From positions 5,257-29,256 of the forward strand of contig JBHLME010000028.1 in the NCBI GenBank assembly GCA_048938445.1: a DNA stretch of 24,000 nt. Reading direction: 5' to 3'. The translations under genes and the position numbers were made by a program. The stretch comes from Promethearchaeota archaeon (GTDB taxonomy: Archaea; Asgardarchaeota; Lokiarchaeia; Sigyniarchaeales; SOKP01). The notes beneath the pieces are model-generated. The model saw nothing but the letters and a program-made list of their open reading frames with translations, searched no databases and had not been told where the DNA came from. Below, one piece after another: positions 23,581-24,000 of the stretch (position 1 is the stretch's first letter; each line of letters starts with the position of its first letter).

Positions 23581-24000
23581 TTAAGAACCATATAATGTAA
23601 ATGATCGTATCTGAATGAATTTATTAAGGTTATTTCGTTTGAAGTAATCTTCAAAAGTCTGAATGAAAATTTCTTCCATTATATTTATTCCAGAAATTAA
23701 ACCTTTCATGTCTTTGGATAAAAGTAACATGTATTCTGAGGTAATTATGATATAATAACACCCGGGTTCAATCGTTTTTCCAACACGTTGCTTTATTATA
23801 TCATTTGTCTTTTCTACAAGATCTCCTTTCGTAAAGAGAATTATTAAATAATTTTCAAAATATTCTTCTTCTAAATACGAATCTCTAATTCCAGAAGCTA
23901 TTAAGGGATTCTTAGTATAAGATTTAAATATATTTTGTAGTTTCGTTAATTCTTTTCTAAATGTATTCTTATTATGATAAAAAATTAATTCTTGACTTAA
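23581..24000 (-). CDS. Hypothetical protein, C-terminal 139 codons only (N-terminus beyond window edge)
   Basis: A minus-strand frame is open from the window edge (24000) down to stop TAA (complement of 23581-23583). It is absent from the ORF track because no start lies in the window. No recognised motif. Confidence 0.45.
   Translation of the reverse strand, partial: LSQELIFYHNKNTFRKELTKLQNIFKSYTKNPLIASGIRDSYLEEEYFENYLIILFTKGDLVEKTNDIIKQRVGKTIEPGCYYIIITSEYMLLLSKDMKGLISGINIMEEIFIQTFEDYFKRNNLNKFIQIRSFTLYGS

Overview
The window is a strongly AT-rich archaeal chromosome fragment. All calls come from reading the sequence and the supplied translations and recognising motifs; no database search was run. 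Housekeeping genes are archaeal in type: archaeal phosphoglycerate kinase, pyruvoyl-dependent arginine decarboxylase, deoxyhypusine synthase, and two tRNA genes split by non-canonical introns. The main feature is a compact eukaryote-like ESCRT module at about 13.05-16.8 kb. It holds a Snf7-family ESCRT-III protein with a C-terminal MIM1-like helix, a MIT-AAA Vps4 ATPase, a Vps25-like ESCRT-II subunit and an EAP30 (Vps22/36-like) ESCRT-II subunit. A Ras/Rab-like small GTPase lies about 4 kb upstream at 8.76 kb, and a NIP7-like pre-PUA/PUA protein sits tail-to-tail with a NOP2/Sun RNA m5C methyltransferase. This combination points to an Asgard (Lokiarchaeia-like) archaeon, which is an inference. 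Other supported features are listed below.
- A GH20-like glycosidase, truncated at the left edge and absent from the ORF track.
- A URO-D/MtaA-family protein with an unexplained N-terminal extension.
- A PfkB kinase, a CYTH protein, a GMPP-like NDP-sugar pyrophosphorylase, an MBL-fold hydrolase and an alpha-glucan phosphorylase.
- A 4 x 20 bp palindrome-containing tandem repeat in a divergent promoter.
- A stand-alone ThrRS-type editing-domain gene and the NOP2/Sun gene, each with an apparent 1-nt homopolymer frameshift near the 5' end.
No CRISPR array, rRNA or recognisable mobile element was seen. About 16 track ORFs are antisense shadows of real genes and were rejected.
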